In this document: positions 60,072-64,000 of the stretch, one piece after another
Layout: every line of letters begins with the position of its first letter
Numbering within the stretch: position 1 is the stretch's first letter
DNA from: Tagaea sp.
GTDB lineage: Bacteria > Pseudomonadota > Alphaproteobacteria > CACIAM-22H2
Length of the DNA stretch: 64,000 nucleotides
Assembly: GCA_965279565.1 (NCBI GenBank)
Contig: OZ257249.1
Span: 1,040,496-1,104,495, forward strand
Direction of reading: 5' to 3'
Notes under the pieces: model-generated
What the model was told of the DNA's origin: nothing
Databases searched by the model: none
The model's input: the letters and a program-made list of their open reading frames with translations, nothing else
Translations under genes and position numbers: made by a program

Positions 60072-61124
60072 ATGAAACCCGCACCCGCCGTCCGACCCTT
60101 CGCGTGGCCGCTGCTTGCCGTGCTGCTGGCGATCTATGTCGTCGCGGAGGCGGCGTTCAACATCCGTCTCGTCGATACCGTGGCCGCCGCGGAGATCGAC
60201 CCGGACGAGCTCGACGAGCTGACCACGCTGGGCAAGCTGTCCGGCGCGTTCGGGCTGATCCTGTTCGCACTTCGCCCCGCACTCCAGCGCGTGCGCCGGC
60301 TGCGCGTGTGGCACGCGGGCGTTTTCCTTGCCGCGTGGGCGGCGGCCTATGGCGGCCTGACGCTCGTCTACGAGACGGTCCTCGACCGCGTGCCGGTCGA
60401 AACGCAGTACGAGGCGTTCCATCTGGCGCTGTACCGCGAGGCGGTGTTCGCGGGCCTGGTCGAGAATCCCGACCTGCGCGCGCGCGAAGGCGAGCTGGAG
60501 GATTCGCACCGCCTGGCGCTCGTCAATCTCGCGGCACGCCTGACCGGCGACAAGCCGGAGATCCTCGCGATGCGCGACTGGCTGGCGCGCGGCGAGATGG
60601 CGCGGCTGGAGGGCGTGGCGCTCGAACCGCGCGCCGAGGCGGCCCTTGCGCGCGCGCGCGACGCCGGCGACGGCACGCTGCGCAACGCGACGGCCGCGAT
60701 GTTCCTGCCGCCGATGTCGATGACGCTGTCGCTGCTGGCGATCGTCGCGAATCTGGGCGCGCTTGCAGCCCTCGTGCTGGCGCGCGCGCGGCGCCGGCGC
60801 GTGCGCCGGCTGGCCGCGATGGTGCCGCTGCTCGCCGTCGCCCTCTTCCTCGTCGCCGCCGACCGGCCGCCCTTCGCCGCCGACAGCGCCAACTTCCATC
60901 TCTATACGCAGCTCGAAAACCGGCTCGGAATCGTGGGCTGGATCTGGGGACGCGCGATCAACGGCGAGGCCGCGATCCTGAAGATGTCGGCCGACGCGAT
61001 GGCGTCGCCCGCGAACTGGCGTTCAGCGGGGCTTGCGTTCGAGCCGGGCCAGCAGGTCGTCGAACTGGTCGAGCGAGCTGTAATGCAGCACGAGCTCGCC
61101 CGCACCGCCCTTGCGGGGCCGTAG
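60072..61124 (+). CDS. Hypothetical integral membrane protein.
   Basis: MKPAPAVRPFAWPLLAVLLAIYVVAEAAF is followed by several further hydrophobic segments. The 3-prime end overlaps the parB 3-prime end by about 100 nt, so one of the two calls may be too long. Confidence 0.4.
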   Translation: MKPAPAVRPFAWPLLAVLLAIYVVAEAAFNIRLVDTVAAAEIDPDELDELTTLGKLSGAFGLILFALRPALQRVRRLRVWHAGVFLAAWAAAYGGLTLVYETVLDRVPVETQYEAFHLALYREAVFAGLVENPDLRAREGELEDSHRLALVNLAARLTGDKPEILAMRDWLARGEMARLEGVALEPRAEAALARARDAGDGTLRNATAAMFLPPMSMTLSLLAIVANLGALAALVLARARRRRVRRLAAMVPLLAVALFLVAADRPPFAADSANFHLYTQLENRLGIVGWIWGRAINGEAAILKMSADAMASPANWRSAGLAFEPGQQVVELVERAVMQHELARTALAGP

Positions 61125-61916
61125 CTCGACCTTGAGGCCGAGCGATTCGGTCAGCCGGCGCTCGATCGCGCGCGTATCGGCATCGCGCGCGTCGCCCGTG
61201 GCACCCTTCAGCTTCTTCTTCTTCGCGACAGGATCGGCAGCGGCCTTCAGGCGCGCTTCGGCCGCGCGCACGCTGAGGTCCTCGCGCACGACGATGTCGG
61301 CGAACAAGGCCGGGTCCTTCGCGGTCAGCACAAGACGCGCGTGTGCGGCCGTCAGCTTGCCTTCGCCGACCAGCTTCTGCACCGAGTCCGGCAGGTCGAG
61401 CAGGCGCAGCGTGTTGGCGACGTGCGGCCGGCTCTTGCCGACCGCTTCGGCGACGCGCTCCTGCGTGAACTTCATCTCGTCCATCAGGCGGCGATAGCCG
61501 AGCGCTTCCTCGATCGCGTCCAGATCCTGGCGCTGCAGGTTCTCGACGAGGGCCGCTTCCAGCGCCTCGCGGTCCGACAGGTCCTTCACGACCGCCGGGA
61601 TCTCGTGGAGCTGGGCGGCCTGTGCGGCACGCCAGCGCCGCTCGCCGGCGATCAGTTCGTAAGACGTCGGGTCCTTCGGATCGCGGCGCACGAGGATGGG
61701 GGCGAGCACGCCCTGCGTCTTGATCGACGCGGTGAGCTCGGCGAGTGCCGCCGCATTGAAATTCCGCCGCGGCTGGAAACGCCCGGGATGGATCTTGCCG
61801 ACCGGCAGGTTGCGCGTCCCGCGCGGCGTTTCCGAGCCGGCCTGGCCGGGGTTCGGCGTGCCGAGCAGCGAGGAGAGGCCGCGGCCCAGTCCCTTTTTTC
61901 CGTCGGCGGGCGTCAT
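61023..61916 (-). CDS. parB: Chromosome partitioning protein ParB.
   Basis: GLGRGLSSLL...PILVRR...YELIAGERRWRAAQAAQLHEIPAVV is the ParB N-terminal box, plus an HTH (TQERVAEAVGKSRPHVANTLRLL). Confidence 0.9.
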   Translation of the reverse strand: MTPADGKKGLGRGLSSLLGTPNPGQAGSETPRGTRNLPVGKIHPGRFQPRRNFNAAALAELTASIKTQGVLAPILVRRDPKDPTSYELIAGERRWRAAQAAQLHEIPAVVKDLSDREALEAALVENLQRQDLDAIEEALGYRRLMDEMKFTQERVAEAVGKSRPHVANTLRLLDLPDSVQKLVGEGKLTAAHARLVLTAKDPALFADIVVREDLSVRAAEARLKAAADPVAKKKKLKGATGDARDADTRAIERRLTESLGLKVELRPRKGGAGELVLHYSSLDQFDDLLARLERKPR

Positions 61917-62728
61917 GCGGCCTGATCCGTCGCGAGGGCGCTTTCGCGCTTCAGCAGTTCGCTCGCCAGCATCACGTAGGCTTGCGAGCCCGGGCAGCGC
62001 AGGTCGTAGAGAAGTACGGGCTTGCCGTGCGACGGCGCTTCGGAGATGCGCACGTTGCGCGGGATCGCCGTCTCGTACACGACGTCGCCCAGATGCTGGC
62101 GCACGTCGGCGGCGACGGCTTCGGAGAGGTTGTTGCGCTTGTCGAACATCGTCAGCACCACGCCCTGCAGCGTCAACCTCGGGTTGAACCGGTCGCGCAC
62201 GCGGTCGAGCGTGCGCATCAGGTTGGAAAGCCCTTCGAGCGCGAAGAACTCGCACTGCAGGGGAACCAGGAGCGCATCGGCCGCGACGAGCGCGTTGAGC
62301 GTCAGCAGCCCCAGCGACGGGGGCGCGTCGATCATCACGTAGTCGAGATCCATGTTCGCGACCGCTTCGACGAGCGCGTCGGCAAGCCGGTATTCGCGCC
62401 GCTCGAGATCGACGAGTTCGAGTTCGGCCCCGGCGAGATCGGGCGTTGCCGGCATCACCGTCAGGCCCGGGATGATCGAAGGCTGGATCGCTTCGCCCGG
62501 TGTCGCGTTGCCGATCAGCACGTCGTACGAGCCGACCTCGCGCTGGTCGGCCGGAATGCCGAAGCCGGTCGACGCATTGCCCTGCGGATCGAGATCGACG
62601 ACGAGCACCTTCTTGCCGACGGCCGCGAGGGCCGTGGCGAGGTTGATCGCGGTCGTCGTCTTGCCGACCCCGCCCTTCTGGTTGGCGATCGCGAGAATGC
62701 GCGGCTTTTTTCTATTGTTGTCAGTCAC
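61913..62728 (-). CDS. parA: Chromosome partitioning ATPase ParA, GTG start.
   Basis: Deviant Walker A KGGVGKTTTAINLA, then VLVVDLDPQGNAS..GLLTLNAL. 4-nt overlap with parB. Confidence 0.9.
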   Translation of the reverse strand: MTDNNRKKPRILAIANQKGGVGKTTTAINLATALAAVGKKVLVVDLDPQGNASTGFGIPADQREVGSYDVLIGNATPGEAIQPSIIPGLTVMPATPDLAGAELELVDLERREYRLADALVEAVANMDLDYVMIDAPPSLGLLTLNALVAADALLVPLQCEFFALEGLSNLMRTLDRVRDRFNPRLTLQGVVLTMFDKRNNLSEAVAADVRQHLGDVVYETAIPRNVRISEAPSHGKPVLLYDLRCPGSQAYVMLASELLKRESALATDQAA

Positions 62729-63333
62729 TTGCGCGCGATATCCCGAAGCGTGAGGATTGCGGCGTCGGGTTCGGTCAGTGAAGCGGCGACGTCCACGCGC
62801 ATATGCCACGCGCTTTCCGCCTGGGTCAATTCGGCTTTGTACGTCGCCCCCTTGAGAAACGTGCATAACCCGCCCGGCTCGAGCAACGGGACCGCAAGTT
62901 CGAGCAGGTCGGGCAGCGGCGCCAGCGCACGTGACGTGACCGCCGCGACCTTCAGCTCGCCCGCCAGGCGCTCGGCGCGTGTGTTGTGGATCTTGATCTT
63001 CGCACCGGTCTCGCGCGCGACCTCGATCTGGAACGCGCATTTGCGCGCGTCGGATTCGACCAGATGCACGATCTTCTCGGGCGCGCAGATCGCGATCACG
63101 AGGCCCGGAAAACCGGCCCCCGCCCCCAGATCGGCGATGCTCGCCGCGTCGCCCAGATGCGGCAGGACCTGCCAGGAATCGTAGAAATGGCGGATCCAGG
63201 TATCCGGCAGCGTGGTCGCCGAGACGAGATTGATCTTCGCCTGCCATTTTTCGAGAAGGCGTTGATACGTAACCAGTTTCTCGATTGTTTCTTGAGAAAC
63301 ACCGGTCCGCTTGGCGAAATCGGACGGCTTCAC
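62725..63333 (-). CDS. rsmG: 16S rRNA (guanine527-N7)-methyltransferase.
   Basis: IADLGAGAGFPGLVIAI..VHLVESDARKCAFQ..VTSRALAPL is the GidB/RsmG signature. GTG start overlaps the mnmG stop. Confidence 0.85.
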   Translation of the reverse strand: MKPSDFAKRTGVSQETIEKLVTYQRLLEKWQAKINLVSATTLPDTWIRHFYDSWQVLPHLGDAASIADLGAGAGFPGLVIAICAPEKIVHLVESDARKCAFQIEVARETGAKIKIHNTRAERLAGELKVAAVTSRALAPLPDLLELAVPLLEPGGLCTFLKGATYKAELTQAESAWHMRVDVAASLTEPDAAILTLRDIARK

Positions 63334-64000
63334 GCTGCCCGCCTTGCGTGGCGCAGCAGGATCGTAAGTGCGGCGGGCGTGACGCCGGAAATGCGCGCCG
63401 CCTGCCCCAGCGTGGCCGGGCGGACGGAAGCCAGCTTCTGGCGCATCTCGTTGGAAAGCGCCGTCAGCGCCGCGTAATCGAGATCGGCGGGCAGTTCGAG
63501 CCCTTCGTCGCGGCGGAACTCGCGGATATCGGCATCCTGCCGGGCGAGATAGCCGCGATAGAGCGCGTCGATTTCCACCTGCGTGGCGATGTCGGGCCGC
63601 AGCGCGCCCAGCTCCGGCCACACCGCCACGAGGCCGGCCCAGTCCACGCCGGGCAGCGCCAGAAGGTCGAGCGGCGAGCGCGCGACCCCGTCCTGGTTGA
63701 CCGCGAAGCCGCGCTTCGCCAGCCGCGCAGGCGATTCCTTCAGGCGTTCGACCAGTGCGCGGGCCTCGGAAAGCCGGGCTTTCTTGTCGTTCCACGCATC
63801 CGTCCGAGCACCCGCGACGAAGCCGGCGGCAATGGCGCGGTCGGTCAGGCGCTGGTCGGCATTGTCGGCACGCAGCGTCAGGCGATATTCGGCGCGGCTC
63901 GTGAACATGCGATAGGGCTCGCGTGTACCCAGCGTGACCAGATCGTCGATCATCACGCCGATATACGCGTCCGCCCGGTCCAGCACGAAGGGGGCAGAGC
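63330..64000 (-). CDS. mnmG: tRNA uridine 5-carboxymethylaminomethyl modification enzyme MnmG (GidA), C-terminal part. The gene continues beyond the window.
   Basis: YIGVMIDDLVTLGTREPYRMFTSRAEYRLTLRADNADQRLT...YRGYLARQ are the highly conserved MnmG C-terminal motifs. Confidence 0.9.
   Translation of the reverse strand, partial: SAPFVLDRADAYIGVMIDDLVTLGTREPYRMFTSRAEYRLTLRADNADQRLTDRAIAAGFVAGARTDAWNDKKARLSEARALVERLKESPARLAKRGFAVNQDGVARSPLDLLALPGVDWAGLVAVWPELGALRPDIATQVEIDALYRGYLARQDADIREFRRDEGLELPADLDYAALTALSNEMRQKLASVRPATLGQAARISGVTPAALTILLRHARRAA

Noticed and set aside
59800-64000. A parS site or DnaA boxes near parAB.
   Set aside because: Reading by eye I could not find TGTTTCACGTGAAACA-like or TTATCCACA/TGTGGATAA-like motifs in this stretch. 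Weaker variants may exist, and oriC probably lies just outside the window.

Overview
This is a 64 kb, roughly 70% GC chromosomal segment with alphaproteobacterial gene content and synteny, probably Rhizobiales/Hyphomicrobiales. Coding density is high and many genes are translationally coupled through ATGA or GTGA stop-start overlaps. The long low-complexity ORFs in the track are mostly antisense artefacts of high-GC coding DNA; I rejected those where a real gene sits on the opposite strand.

Recognisable genes, in window order:
- nusA (3-prime end, truncated by the window start) and rimP.
- A TPR lipoprotein, an EamA transporter and a methyl-accepting chemotaxis protein.
- metW and metX.
- A chorismate mutase fused to a prephenate-dehydratase-like domain, then hisC and tyrC.
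- A trehalose operon, otsB, a GH15 hydrolase, then otsA.
- On the minus strand, the conserved block trmB, metK, an XRE regulator, lnt, corC, ybeY, phoH, miaB.
- A Fur-family regulator coupled to the ornithine-lipid genes olsB and olsA.
- mucR, rimI and tsaB.
- An 11-gene co-directional array: a VanX-type dipeptidase ddpX, two GT4 glycosyltransferases, a histidine-phosphatase-family protein, a GT28/COG4671-like glycosyltransferase, a CE4-like deacetylase, a small membrane protein, and a yejF-yejA-yejB-yejE peptide ABC importer.
- A convergent trio of an orphan OmpR-type response regulator, an MBL-fold hydrolase and a SAM methyltransferase.
- Two outer-membrane beta-barrel/porin genes with clear intrinsic terminators, an esterase, a LolA-like protein and yggS.
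- A DUF3576 lipoprotein and leuS.
- A TPR/O-GlcNAc-transferase-like protein and a TPR-SAM methyltransferase on the opposite strand, sitting where alphaproteobacteria normally carry lptE between leuS and holA.
- holA, then an SLT transglycosylase.
- An approximately 0.8 kb low-GC islet carrying a single HNH endonuclease with a domain of unknown function.
- A DapA-family gene coupled to a CheY-like receiver.
- parB, parA, rsmG and the mnmG 3-prime end, which place the window near the replication origin.

I saw no CRISPR array, IS element, tRNA or rRNA.

The strongest candidates for something uncharacterised are:
1. The coupled array joining the glycosyltransferase, phosphatase and deacetylase module to the yej importer.
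2. The low-GC HNH islet.
3. The response regulator, MBL hydrolase and methyltransferase trio.
4. The O-GlcNAc-transferase-like and methyltransferase pair replacing lptE.
5. The Fur-olsB-olsA coupling.

All coordinates are 1-based and may be off by 1 to 3 nt at start codons.
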